Positions 29,942 through 40,147 of a stretch of DNA of 57,787 bases are shown one piece after another; position 1 is the first letter of the stretch; every line of letters starts with the position of its first letter. Origin of the DNA: a virus (Duplodnaviria; Caudoviricetes). The notes beneath the pieces were generated by a model, which did no database searches, was not told the DNA's origin, and saw only the letters and a program-made list of their open reading frames with translations. The DNA lies in the IMG/VR virus record IMGVR_UViG_3300044918_000111, positions 1-57,787 of that record. One strand, 5' to 3'. The translations under genes and the position numbers were made by a program.

Positions 29942-30886
29942 CGGGTCTCCTGTTCGCGGTGCTCGTTCCAGTGGTCGATCAGGTCGATGGCGGCGGTGCG
30001 GCGGGTGCGTTCGATCGGCGACCACCAGGGACTGCACCTGTCGCACTTCGACCGCCATTCCCGTTTCTCGCGGCCGACCGTGCCGAGTAGCGTCCGCTCA
30101 GCCGTCAGCCACACGCGGCCGTCGCGCTGGATCGTGATGTGCCCGTACTGGATCACTGGTCTTCTCCTTCCATGGAGAGCACGATCTTGGCGTTGTGTAC
30201 CTTCACTGCGTGCTCGTTGAATGCGGCCTGCGCGCCGGCCTTCTCGTCGCGGGTGAACGTCGCCCCGCACGCGCTACACGTCCATGTCCACATCAGCTCT
30301 CCTGCCCTTCCAGGGGTGAGGCGGGGAGGACGACGGCTGAGAGGGCCGCGCAGGCGTACTGGTACGCCCACTGATCCGAACCCGGAACGTACGTGAATGT
30401 GGGGTGGCGCAGTTTGAATATCGTCTCAGCGGCGCGATGCTTCTCCGCTTCGGTGAAGTTGATCCCCGCGTACGGCATCACTCGCCTCCCTGCTCTGCCT
30501 CGAGTGCATCGAGGATGTTCCGTCGCCATGCCGCGTCGGCACGCAGGTGCCACGACTGCCACCAGTGCCACTCCGCAGTCACGGTTTCCTCGGCCATCCG
30601 GGTCGGGTTTGCGTCCATCCGAGATCCGTAGCGCGCGGCCTCACGCACTCGCTCGATGCTGCGTTCAGCCGCCGCCAGACGCTCGCGCAGCTGCTCCGGT
30701 TCCTCGGGTACGACGGGCGGCAACAGCGTCGGCAGAAGCTCCTGCGCACGCCGCACGGCGTCTCGATAGTGCTCGTCCGAGACGCCTCGATCGGAGGTGT
30801 CGGTCTCGTACTCGATCAGAGCCCACGCGACGCCCTGGACGGCGGCTGCCAGCAGAGCCCCCTGGCGCGCCGGGGTCAGTTCTTCC

Positions 30887-31078
30887 TCAGCCATGGTTCT
30901 GCTCCTCTCGGTTCTCTCCTGGGGTGGCGGTGGGCATCGCGCAGTTACCGCCCCACGCCGTGCTCTCGTACGACCCGCCAGCTTCGATGCACTTATCGAA
31001 ATTCGTCTTTGGCCGGTCACATCCCGTGAGCGTCAAGGCCAGAACCCCGATCCCGATTGCCGCCACGATCTTGCTCAT
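30887..31078 (-). CDS. Small lipoprotein
   Basis: MSKIVAAIGIGVLALTLTGC lipobox; 63 aa. Confidence 0.65.
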   Translation of the reverse strand: MSKIVAAIGIGVLALTLTGCDRPKTNFDKCIEAGGSYESTAWGGNCAMPTATPGENREEQNHG

Positions 31079-32155
31079 CGGCTCTCTCCCTGTACGGGGG
31101 ATGCGGCACGGAGAGCGGCGCGACCCGTCTCTGTCCACTCCTTCGCGAAGCCGATCCCTGTACCGAACTGCTCGAACAGGTAGCGTCCGAACTTCTTGGC
31201 TTGCGCGTCGGTCGGTTCGCCGTGCTGCATCAGGCGCTCGGTCGGTTCGGCCTGCGGCTCCGATGCACGGCAGCGCCACCCAGGCTTGAGGTGTCCGTGG
31301 TTCAGCACCTGCTCGGGCGTTCCCGTGACGGTGTTGCCGTTCTCGTGTTCGATCGTGATGCGAGGCTCAGCGGCCGACTCTGGGGATACGGGGCGGCGGA
31401 AACCGGCAGCGAGTACGCGATCCGTGACGGTGTTCGCCGTGCCGTCATCGCTGTCCCATGATTCGACGGTCGCCTTCGCCACGATGTCTATTAGCACTTC
31501 CCGCTCGTCGTCGGTCGGTGCGTGCGCCTCCTCGAAGACGGCGAAGGCGGCTTCGGCATCCCGTCGCGCTTCCGCCTGCGCAGTCTTCATGGGTAGGTTT
31601 CCCCACGCCCACGGTGTGATCGCCTTCGCGGCCTTCTCGATGAATTCCTCCCTGCTGGTCATGACTGCTCCTTCCGGTATGGATTCTTCGGATGTCGGTA
31701 CTCGTGCTCGCTGAGTTCGGTGTAGTGACCTTCACCCCAGCCCCTGACGTACCCCTCGTCCCATTTCTCGGCGTCACGTTCCCGGAGCGCATCGACAGGG
31801 GCGACCTTCGACAGAATGTGCTCGATCGCGCTCAGGGCGTCGTTGTCGGACTGCTCGAAGTTCTTCACCTCACCGTCGATGCGTTCGATGACGGCCGCGA
31901 GCTCGGCTGACTTCTGCTCTTCCTCGAAGTGGTGCAACTCACGGGCGTGCATCTCGCGTTCTGCGTCCGCCATCCGTCGCCAGTACTTCGCCGACGTGTG
32001 GTCAGCGCCCGCCAACACTTCGCGGGCCTCATCCAGCGCATCCAGCACCACCCGCAGGTCGGTGAACGCCGATCCTCCCGGTGTCACGCAGAGGCACTTG
32101 TCCTCACCGTTCGTCAGGATCTCGCGCAGCCGTTCGGTGGCACCCTCGATGTCGG

Positions 32156-32769
32156 TCATGATGCTCTCTCCAACTCTTCGAATTCGTCCTGGTCGATGAC
32201 GTGCCGGCATTCGTCGTTCGAGCACCTCACAGTCACGTGCCCTTCGAACCACGCGGGCGGGTGCCAGATCATCTGTGCTGCTGGCATTCGGGGCAGCGGA
32301 CGCGTCGGATGCGGTGCGGGCGTTCTACGGTCTCGTGCGCCCGGTACGCGCGTTCGGCTGCGGCGGCGAACTGGATCGCGTCAGCGGCGCCCGTTTCGGT
32401 CGACACCCAGAGTTCGAGGGAACGGTGCCCCTCCGCTGATGCGAGGTGTCGCCGGCATTCGTCGAGCGCGAGCATCACGCCGGTGAGGTTCACATGCCCG
32501 TCCGCCCGTGTCCGCACGCCACCGTTGTCCCGTTGAACCGCACGCGACAGGCCCAGCAGCCCGACCTGACGTTCGAACTCCGACCAGCGACTGTAGGCAT
32601 GCTCGAGGCGGTCGAAGTGCGCAGAGCACAGGAACCCGCGTTCAGCGGCCCGGTAGTAGCAGCCCCCACAGTCCGGGTTCTGACACGTGTCGAGATGCAC
32701 ATCCCGCTGCTTGCACGGGGCCACAGACGGCACCCCGGGGAAAGCGCAGACACACAGGATCGTGTTCAC
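32156..32769 (-). pseudogene. Zn-ribbon protein split by a frameshift at ~32272
   Basis: RCPECQQH then, in another frame, MIWHPP…CSNDEC; aligns with the intact domain of 27327-27869. Confidence 0.6.
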
Positions 32770-32993
32770 GCCGGTTCTCCAATCTGCACCAGGGCGTCCA
32801 TCTGTTCGGCCAAGTCGGGATTCAACGCCCGGGCGAGGCCATGCGGGGACACCTGCACACGCCGGCGTCCGATCATCCCGACCCACCAGCCGCCCTGGAA
32901 CGTCCAGATCACCCCGGCACCGTCCATGCACCTGTCGCCGTCCTTCGCCTGCGTGAAGTGATCCAGGACGATCTGTGCTTCATGCGTGCTCAT
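32766..32993 (-). CDS. Hypothetical protein flanked by 22-bp junction repeats
   Basis: 75 aa, coupled at both ends. Confidence 0.6.
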   Translation of the reverse strand: MSTHEAQIVLDHFTQAKDGDRCMDGAGVIWTFQGGWWVGMIGRRRVQVSPHGLARALNPDLAEQMDALVQIGEPA

Positions 32994-33481
32994 GCCGGTT
33001 CTCCGATCTGCCCAAGGATCTGAGCGATCGTGAATGAGTCGAGCCACCTCAGCCCGAGCGCTCCCTTGTACGCGATCGGCTCGGCGATCGGGCGCGGGTT
33101 CGCGAGCACCAGGTGATGTGCGTCCCACTCAGCCCACGGCGAGCAGAGCTCACCCGGCTTCGTGTGTTCGGCCCAGTCGACGAGCCGACCGGACGCTGTG
33201 GCGCGCGCGACGTGCACGTCGACGAGGTCGACAACTCCGATGATCGCGCCCCGGTCCGACCACTCTGGGGTGAACTTGTTCGGTTGCGGTCGCCGCACCC
33301 GATACCAGTTGGCCTGATCCATCCAGAGCGATTCGGGGGCACTGTCTGCATCGGCCTGAGCGACGTGGATCGCGATCTGACCTCTGTAGTGACCGGCGAT
33401 GTTCCGGACGCGATTCTCTACGTCCTTCCCGCCATGGATGATCGCCCATGCCCACGGCTGGCGAACAGTCAGAATCCTCAT
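32990..33481 (-). CDS. ASCH-domain protein
   Basis: LTVRQPWAWAIIHGGKDVENR…GAIIGVVDL…KGALGL. Confidence 0.88.
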   Translation of the reverse strand: MRILTVRQPWAWAIIHGGKDVENRVRNIAGHYRGQIAIHVAQADADSAPESLWMDQANWYRVRRPQPNKFTPEWSDRGAIIGVVDLVDVHVARATASGRLVDWAEHTKPGELCSPWAEWDAHHLVLANPRPIAEPIAYKGALGLRWLDSFTIAQILGQIGEPA

Positions 33482-33802
33482 GATGCGTTCTCCTGTCCCT
33501 TGTCTCGTCCGCTGCGCATCCAGTCCAGGTATGCGCCACCGGAACCGCGCGGATCGTATGCCGGGTCGTTCTCGATGAGACGCCGGATCTCATGTGCCGC
33601 GCGTTCGATCGCACCGGCAGCGTCGGGCCGCCAATATCTCGACCCGGGCAGTTCCATGTGTCGGTCACGTTCCCGCAACCACTCGTCATCACAGAGCGCT
33701 TGAAGGCGTCGGATCAGGTCGGATCGCGAGTCGTCTACCTGTTCCGGTTCGGGTGTCGGATCGAAACCCGGCAGCACGTCCGAGCCCATGTCGGACCCGT
33801 GG

Positions 33803-34300
33803 CTAAAACGGGGTGTCGTCTCCAAAGCTCCCACCTCCGCCCCACTGCTCAGCGCCGTTCTGAGCGCCTGACGCGTCCCACGGCTCATCGTTGGCCGTCT
33901 GGGGTGCTGTTCGGCCCGCCTGGCCGCCCTGGGGCGACTGGGAGCGCGTGACCTGTGCGGTCGCGTAGCGCAGCGACGGGCCGATCTCGTCGACCTCGAG
34001 CTCGATGGCCGTGCGGTTGTTGCCCTCACGGTCCTGGTAGGAGCGCTGACGCAGACGGCCCTGCGCGATGACGCGCATGCCCTTGGTCAGCGAGCCAGCC
34101 ACGTGCTCGGCGAACTCGCGCCACACGGACGCACGGAGGAACAGCGCTTCGCCGTCCTTCCACTCGTTCGCCTGACGGTCGAACGTGCGCGGAGTCGATG
34201 CGATCGTGAAGTTCGCCACCGGAAGACCGTTCTGGCTATACCTCAGTTCCGGATCGCTGGTCAGGTTGCCGACGACGCAAACCACGGTTTCATTCGCCAC
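33803..34300 (-). CDS. ssb: Single-stranded DNA-binding protein
   Basis: [13 protein letters not shown]…[10 protein letters not shown]…; acidic DDTPF C-terminus. Confidence 0.95.
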   Translation of the reverse strand: MANETVVCVVGNLTSDPELRYSQNGLPVANFTIASTPRTFDRQANEWKDGEALFLRASVWREFAEHVAGSLTKGMRVIAQGRLRQRSYQDREGNNRTAIELEVDEIGPSLRYATAQVTRSQSPQGGQAGRTAPQTANDEPWDASGAQNGAEQWGGGGSFGDDTPF

Positions 34301-34841
34301 GGTGGTATTTCCTCTCAATCTGGATGGGCCCGCCCGCTTTGGGCCTACGAAGACCTCGGACGAGCATGCTTATGTAGTTCTGATCCACGCCGAATTGGTC
34401 GGCAAGATCGAGTTGGCGTGCACCCAACGCGCGCCGTTCCCGAATGAGCCGCACCTGGTCGTCGGTGATCTTCACTGCGTTCACTTCCCGGCCGCGCGCG
34501 TGCATGTCAGCGACGTTCGCGGCTGGTGTGTCGAAGCGCAGATGGCTCGGATTGCAGCAGGGCGGGTTGTCGCACGAGTGGCAGGTCATCAACGATGGGT
34601 GTCTGACTTCCCCTGTGGTGAACGAGAGTGCGAGCTCGTGTGCTCCGCGCATCCGGTTCTCGTAGTAGAAGACGCCGTAGCCATCGCCTCGGACATCGCC
34701 GAGCCAAGGCCAGCAGTCGTCCGCGGCGCCGATCTGCACATTGCGCCAAAATCGGGAGATGGTGACGGCCGCGCTAAGCGACTCGTGCGGGTCGGCAGCA
34801 ACCTGTCTGCGTGCGGGGAATGGCTTTCGGGTAGCATCCAT
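34290..34841 (-). CDS. HNH homing-type endonuclease with C-terminal HTH
   Basis: CWPWLG…GYG…AH…[15 protein letters not shown]. Confidence 0.9.
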   Translation of the reverse strand: MDATRKPFPARRQVAADPHESLSAAVTISRFWRNVQIGAADDCWPWLGDVRGDGYGVFYYENRMRGAHELALSFTTGEVRHPSLMTCHSCDNPPCCNPSHLRFDTPAANVADMHARGREVNAVKITDDQVRLIRERRALGARQLDLADQFGVDQNYISMLVRGLRRPKAGGPIQIERKYHRGE

Positions 34842-34920
34842 TGCTAGCCCCTCCTTGCTAACTCAAGTGAGTGGGTCAGGCTCCGGGTTGAGTGTTAGCG
34901 CACTCCCCGGGGCCGTCTCC

Positions 34921-34977
34921 ATTCTATCGAATATCGATTCGAAGCGCGGCAAGACAGGTCCTCGAATATCAGTTCTT
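34921..34977 (-). promoter_or_regulatory. Promoter with two LexA(SOS)-box-like sites
   Basis: -10 TAGAAT (34921-26) abutting TCGAAT-ATCG-ATTCGA (34927-42); second site at 34962-77. Confidence 0.45.
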
Positions 34978-35508
34978 TGTCTTGCCGAGCAGGGTCCGGG
35001 TGAGTCCGGTCGTGTGGTTGTTGGGCAGCTGGATGATCGGCCTGCCCGCGATGATGGATGCGGCCACGGCGATCCATGCCGCGTCTGCTTCGTGTTCGTT
35101 GGTGACGTCCGCTTCGGGGAGTCGTTTCGCGGTCGCGAGGATCACTTCCCCCTTGGATGCGTTTCCCTTGCCGGTGGCGAGTTTCTTGATCGACGATGGG
35201 GCGAACACCCACGGTTCCTCGTGGTGCGCGGTGAGGTCACCTACCGTGATCCACCAGCCGCCGAACATGCGGTCGACGGCTGCGCCTTTCGCACCCAAAG
35301 ACGGACCTTCGATGGCCCACACGTCGTCTTCGTGCGGATCAGCCCACTCAACGACCTTCGACGCAATGTGGTGCACCCGATCAAGGAACCCTGTCGGTGT
35401 CCCATCGTCCGGTCTCGTGCGGACCGTCATCCGGTCCCACTCGCCATCGATGAACGCCGTCACGCCCGTGCTCGTCAACGACCAGTCGATACCGATGAAA
35501 CCAGTCAC
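34969..35508 (-). CDS. RuvC-like Holliday junction resolvase
   Basis: IGIDWSLTSTG, AIEG, KKLATGKGNASK, HEADA. Confidence 0.9.
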   Translation of the reverse strand: MTGFIGIDWSLTSTGVTAFIDGEWDRMTVRTRPDDGTPTGFLDRVHHIASKVVEWADPHEDDVWAIEGPSLGAKGAAVDRMFGGWWITVGDLTAHHEEPWVFAPSSIKKLATGKGNASKGEVILATAKRLPEADVTNEHEADAAWIAVAASIIAGRPIIQLPNNHTTGLTRTLLGKTKN

Positions 35509-35668
35509 CAGAGTTTCCCTTCGTCCGTGTGCGCGTACTTGTGGAAGCTCGCGTTCAACTCGGCCCCGTCCTTGAACCACGTCCACGGGCCACCGAACTC
35601 GCAGACGTGGCATGCGGGGCTGTACTGGGTGCCGTGCTCGGTGACGCGGGTCTTCACGTATTCGTGGC

Positions 35669-35872
35669 TCATGCGGCCTCCTTGATCGGTGGCACACCGG
35701 GGCGTGCCCATGAAACTCGGGGGTGTCGTCGGGGACGATCTGCGCGCCGACGCCACGGTCTGAGCTCACGGATCTCCTTCGTCGACCGGCCCTTGGTACG
35801 CCAGTGCACCCGGTCGTTCGAATGCAGCCCCTTCGGTGGACGCTCATACGGGAGCGTGAGTATCCACGTCAT
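35669..35872 (-). pseudogene. Internally deleted RusA-like resolvase remnant
   Basis: N-terminal LHSNDRVHW motif joined out of frame to a C-terminal IVPDDTPEF motif. Confidence 0.5.
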
Positions 35873-35898
35873 GCCGTCGCCCCCGATAGAGTGCGGGC

Positions 35899-36042
35899 AT
35901 GGCGATCACCGAGAATGAAATCGACACCATACTGACCACCAAGAATCGGTGGTCGACCGATACCCCTCGAGAACTCATCCAGGACCTCTACCGGCGCATC
36001 CGCGCTCTTGAGAACGAGGTCGCCGAGCTGCGCGGCAACTGA
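35899..36042 (+). CDS. 47-aa leaderless antisense gene (below the ORF-track cutoff)
   Basis: TAGAGT, 6 nt, ATG; MAITENEIDTILTTKNRWSTDTPRELIQDLYRRIRALENEVAELRGN (coiled-coil C-terminus). Confidence 0.65.
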   Translation: MAITENEIDTILTTKNRWSTDTPRELIQDLYRRIRALENEVAELRGN

Positions 36043-36071
36043 TCCGCCCGTCTCCTCATCCAGTAGGACGC

Positions 36072-36989
36072 TCATGCCGGAACCTCGTCGAGATGGTCGG
36101 TGATCTTCGTCTCTGCGAGCTCATGTTCAAGGTCGGTGAGGTACTGGCATCCGGTGGACCAGTAGGACGGCTTGAGTTCGATGCCGAGCGCACGCCTGCC
36201 CCACTTCACGGCGACGTAGAGTTCCGATCCGACGCCTCCGAATGCGGAGAACACCGTCTCGCCGGGGTTTGACCACAGCCGCACGCACCGTTCGATGAAG
36301 TCCAGCTGCAACGGCGTCAGGTGGCGCTCGTCATCCTTCTCGCGCGCGGCTCGGGCGTTGAGGGTGTTGGACTCCTTGATCGAGTACCAGATCGGGCGAG
36401 CCCACTCGATCCATTCCTCGTTCGTCACGTCCGTCTTGACGGGCGCCGGCCGCTCTCCCGGCTTCTTGAACACGAGTAGGTAGTCCGGCAGCGCCGGGGA
36501 CACCTTGGACGAGTCCTTGTTCTTCGTCACGAACATCAGGTGATGCGCCTTGGTGCGGATTGCCTGCGCCTGCGGGTCTTTGTCGACCGTTATCCGCGAT
36601 TCCCACTCCCACCCCTCGACCTCGAATGCGCGGACGACCTCGCCCGAGAAGTCGAACAGTCCCGTCCGGTCATGCCGGCCTTTGAGGTAGGGGACATCGG
36701 CGACGTGGATGCAGGCATGCCCTCCGGGGACGGTGACGCGCAGCAACTCGCGGATGATGAACGCGAACTGCTCCATGAAGTCCAGCAGTGATGTCGCGTT
36801 GCCCATGTCTCTCAGCAGTGCCGAGTACGTGTACAGCGCCCCGCCTTCCGGGGTCGCGAACGGCGGCGACTGCACCGACATATGGATCGAGCCCGAGGGT
36901 ATCTCGGCCATGCGTTCGGCGGAGTCCCCCAGCCAGAATTCCCACGCGTTCCCGTGGGCTTGATCGGTGATGTAGGCGTCCTCGGTCAT
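36072..36989 (-). CDS. DNA methyltransferase (N4/N6, beta class)
   Basis: SPPF motif IV precedes the FGGVGS SAM-binding motif. Confidence 0.88.
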   Translation of the reverse strand: MTEDAYITDQAHGNAWEFWLGDSAERMAEIPSGSIHMSVQSPPFATPEGGALYTYSALLRDMGNATSLLDFMEQFAFIIRELLRVTVPGGHACIHVADVPYLKGRHDRTGLFDFSGEVVRAFEVEGWEWESRITVDKDPQAQAIRTKAHHLMFVTKNKDSSKVSPALPDYLLVFKKPGERPAPVKTDVTNEEWIEWARPIWYSIKESNTLNARAAREKDDERHLTPLQLDFIERCVRLWSNPGETVFSAFGGVGSELYVAVKWGRRALGIELKPSYWSTGCQYLTDLEHELAETKITDHLDEVPA

Positions 36990-38284
36990 GCGATCCTCCT
37001 GAGTGCGTTGCGGGCGACCAGGCCGTCGATGACGCGGTTCGCCTGGGCTTCCTTGCGCGCGACGTTCTGCGCGATCTGTTCCTCGATGTGCGAGAGCACG
37101 ATATGGGCGTTCACGACCCGGGTCTGTCCGTACCGGTATGAGCGTCGGATGCCCTGGTAGTACTGCTCGTACGAGTCGTTCAGCCCCACGAACGCTTGCC
37201 GTGCGCAGTGCTGGTAGTTCATGCCGAGACCTGCGATCTTGAGCTTCGTGATCAGCACCCGGAAGTCGCCATGCGCGAACCCGAGCAACCGGTCAGCCTT
37301 CTCATCCGGGGTCATCGATCCGTGGACGTTCACCGCGCCGGGGATCAGCTTCGCGAGCGCGTCGGCCTCGTCGTTCAGCCCCGTCCAGAGCAGCCACGGC
37401 TCATCCGTCTCGGCGGTGACCAGATCGGCCGTCCTACCCACACGTGCGTCGAGGGATTCGCGGCGTACCTTCGAACGCCCGGACACTCCCCCGATCGACA
37501 CCGCGAACAGTTCCCCGTCCCCTGGCTCGATTTCGACGTCCACAAGCTCGGGGACGATGTTGAGCCCCGGGAGCTCGTAGCCCTCGTCCGAGTAGCCAAG
37601 ATCGGAGGGGCGTCGGATCGCGATAGCCCACTGGCTCATCCAGTCGAGCATCGGATCGACCGCGTGACCCTTGAGACGCCACCCGTCCTGGTCGTGCACG
37701 AAATACGCGGCGAGCATGTTCGTCCGCGTCATGTGTCCCAGGAACTCCGCCTGGTTGGTGAGTTCCTCGGGGTCGTTCGGCGCCGGCGTCGCGGTCCACG
37801 TCGAACGGTACGGGACATGTTCGAAGTGACGGATGAGCTTGGTGCGCGTCTTGCCATCCGACTGCTTGAGGATCGACGCCTCGTCCAGTGCGACCGCGCC
37901 GAGGCGGGAGGGGTCGAACTGGTCGACCATCTCGTAATTCGTCACGTACACACCCGGACCGGTGATTTCATCCTGAGACCGCACGTAGCGCGCCTCGGTG
38001 TGGATCAGGGCGGCTTCCTCCGGCGTCTGCCGCGCGACGCCCAGCGGGGCCACGATTAGCGACACGTCCGCCATGGACCGCGACCATTCGAGCTGCATAC
38101 GCGTCTTGCCCAGCCCGGTGTCCGCCCACACGGCAGGACGACCCACGCGGCATGCCCACCGGGTCACATCGACCTGGAACGGCTTGAGCGAATGATGCAG
38201 GTCTCCCGGCTCGATCTCGCGACCGGTAGCACCGACGCGCGCGCGGCGACGCTCGATGAAGTCGGCGTATGACACGGTGCTCAT
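36986..38284 (-). CDS. SNF2-like SF2 helicase
   Basis: DTGLGKT, DEAS, TATP, QGIRRSYRYGQ. Confidence 0.88.
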   Translation of the reverse strand: MSTVSYADFIERRRARVGATGREIEPGDLHHSLKPFQVDVTRWACRVGRPAVWADTGLGKTRMQLEWSRSMADVSLIVAPLGVARQTPEEAALIHTEARYVRSQDEITGPGVYVTNYEMVDQFDPSRLGAVALDEASILKQSDGKTRTKLIRHFEHVPYRSTWTATPAPNDPEELTNQAEFLGHMTRTNMLAAYFVHDQDGWRLKGHAVDPMLDWMSQWAIAIRRPSDLGYSDEGYELPGLNIVPELVDVEIEPGDGELFAVSIGGVSGRSKVRRESLDARVGRTADLVTAETDEPWLLWTGLNDEADALAKLIPGAVNVHGSMTPDEKADRLLGFAHGDFRVLITKLKIAGLGMNYQHCARQAFVGLNDSYEQYYQGIRRSYRYGQTRVVNAHIVLSHIEEQIAQNVARKEAQANRVIDGLVARNALRRIA

Positions 38285-38805
38285 GCATGCTCCTGGGAAT
38301 GAGAAACCCCCGGGGTTACCGGGGGTTGGTTGATGGATCGTCGGTTGGGGTCGGGGTTTCGTTCCCACCCGGCCGTTGCCCTGGATTGGGCGACTTGTCG
38401 GCGCGTGTACCCGTACAGGTCGACGATCTGCCGGTCTGTGAGACCGTCGTCGAGGTGCTTGCGGAGCACGGCCCGTGGGATGAGGGCGAGCTTGTCACCG
38501 CGTGCCCGGTTCGCTGCTGCACGGCCGTCGTATGGGCCTTTCTTCGCACGGGGGCCAGGGCGTGCCATTCGGGCGCGTTTCGCGGCCTCAGCGGCTTCCC
38601 GTGCGGTCTCCTGCTCCTGGTGAAGGATCTGCTCGAGCGGTATGCCGGCGTCGACCTGCTTCCTGAACGCCCAGTCGCCTGCATATCTGCGGTGCACGTC
38701 CCTGCACGGGAGGGGTGCGGGGCAGTGAGCGCCGTGGCATCCCTGCCGGTAGCCGTCAGCGGTCCCGTGCGGGAAAGTCAGGTCGGTGATGACGTCGGCA
38801 TTCAC
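38281..38805 (-). CDS. Cys/His-motif protein with C-terminal HTH
   Basis: HGTADGYRQGC…C…C; GLTDRQIVDLYGYTRRQV. Confidence 0.6.
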   Translation of the reverse strand: MNADVITDLTFPHGTADGYRQGCHGAHCPAPLPCRDVHRRYAGDWAFRKQVDAGIPLEQILHQEQETAREAAEAAKRARMARPGPRAKKGPYDGRAAANRARGDKLALIPRAVLRKHLDDGLTDRQIVDLYGYTRRQVAQSRATAGWERNPDPNRRSINQPPVTPGVSHSQEHA

Positions 38806-39101
38806 GCTGCTTTCCCTCCCTTGGTTCCCCACGCAGCGCGCGCTCGTCTGAACCGTGCCTGTTTCTGCCGCTTGGATGATGCGGCCCTGCACGGGTCGCA
38901 CCGGCACCCGTGGTTGCTGTAACAGGTGGTGGTGTCCGAGTGCGGGTGCTCGGGCGGGCAGATGCCGTGGGTGCCCGGCAGTGCGCCGGGTTGCTCCGCG
39001 TGGAGCGCGGCCCGGTAGGTGGCTGATTCCGCATACGCCCGGAGCGTGTTGTCGATGTGGTCGGCGAGGTTCATGGCTGATCCCATGGCTGCCCCTTTCA
39101 A
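38802..39101 (-). CDS. Small Zn-binding protein
   Basis: CYSNHGCRCDPC motif. Confidence 0.6.
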   Translation of the reverse strand: MKGAAMGSAMNLADHIDNTLRAYAESATYRAALHAEQPGALPGTHGICPPEHPHSDTTTCYSNHGCRCDPCRAASSKRQKQARFRRARAAWGTKGGKAA

Positions 39102-39155
39102 ACGATGAAGGCCACCAACCCGGTATGGGCGGTGGCCTGTGGATGACTTGGTCGG

Positions 39156-39809
39156 CTAGTGGCGGCGAGCGGTGCACTTCGTGCACGTTCCGTCGTTCAG
39201 CCAGTGATGCTCATCGGGTTCGCACTGCTTCGGCTCTGGCGAATACGCGGATGGGATGTGGGTGGGCTTGTTCTTCGCGGTCGCAACGGCTTGCTCCTGC
39301 CGCTTGCGTGCTGTTCCGCACGCCCGGCACGGCTCGTCGGTGCCTTGGGGATGCTTCTTGCAGAATGGGGAGAGTGGCGCGTCAGCGCTCTCCCCTCCGT
39401 TCCCTTCCTTTCCCCTCCCCTCCCCTCCTGGGAGGAGTTTGAGCAAACTCACGTGAGTTTCTGTGAGTCCGTCAGAGTCCAGGTGAGAGCAGACGGGGCA
39501 TCGTGAGTTCCATCGGGTGTCGACGCGTTGGTGATCGGTGAATCTCGGGATGACGAGATATCGCCTTCCATCAGGGAGAACTAGCCGATCTACGCGACCA
39601 GACTCGACAAGCCGCTCGACGAGATCCGCCCCGTCGACAGGGTCAGCCGGGAGGATCTTGAGCTTCAACCCGAGCGGGTCATCCGACAGGTGCCCGCGAT
39701 CGCACGAGTTATTCCACATTCCGATGTAGAAGAGTCGAGCTTCGTACGGGAGTGAGATGATCGCGCCGTCAGTCCAGAACTCCGGCTTGATCGTCCGGAT
39801 TCTTGCCAC
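39156..39809 (-). CDS. Phage replication initiator-like protein
   Basis: MARIRTIKPEFWTD…RLFYIGMW; C-terminal FCKKHPQGT…CRAC. Confidence 0.8.
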   Translation of the reverse strand: MARIRTIKPEFWTDGAIISLPYEARLFYIGMWNNSCDRGHLSDDPLGLKLKILPADPVDGADLVERLVESGRVDRLVLPDGRRYLVIPRFTDHQRVDTRWNSRCPVCSHLDSDGLTETHVSLLKLLPGGEGRGKEGNGGESADAPLSPFCKKHPQGTDEPCRACGTARKRQEQAVATAKNKPTHIPSAYSPEPKQCEPDEHHWLNDGTCTKCTARRH

Positions 39810-40140
39810 GGTTGTGCCACCTCCTGTTCTGCATCTTGTTGTGGATCGGGTTCAGGTTTCGAATGCACCACGTCTCCCAATGGCGGGATGCGCGGGAGTC
39901 GGCTCCTTGGTGAAGGTCGAAGTACCGAATGTCCGGCCACCATGGCTGCGTACGGCGATGTCGAACCCATCTCGAGTACGGGTTCCAGGTGACGCCGACG
40001 TACAGCAGTCGCATCTCGTCGTCATAGAACCGATAGATGAACTCCCCGCCCGGCGAGGACGTCCCCAGACTCGCCCACTGATGCGAGTCGTTGAGCAGCG
40101 CGCCTCGAGTGATGAACGTTGGAATTTGTGGGGACATCAT
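39769..40140 (-). CDS. GIY-YIG nuclease
   Basis: IYRFYD…LLYVGVT…RWVRH…E…I…NPIHN. Confidence 0.8.
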   Translation of the reverse strand: MMSPQIPTFITRGALLNDSHQWASLGTSSPGGEFIYRFYDDEMRLLYVGVTWNPYSRWVRHRRTQPWWPDIRYFDLHQGADSRASRHWETWCIRNLNPIHNKMQNRRWHNRGKNPDDQAGVLD

Positions 40141-40147
40141 TCTCTTC

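Larger units (their letters stand above)
28532..32159 (-). other. Run of about 13 small coupled hypothetical phage genes (e.g. 28675-28843, 28835-29098, 29095-29270, 29268-29486, 30478-30894, 31075-31662, 31659-32159)
   Basis: Consecutive overlapping or abutting ORFs with GGAG-type RBSs; internal coordinates approximate. Confidence 0.6.

Noticed and set aside
36072-38284. Helicase + MTase as a restriction-modification or defence system
   Set aside because: No restriction subunit; this pair is a common phage early-region module.
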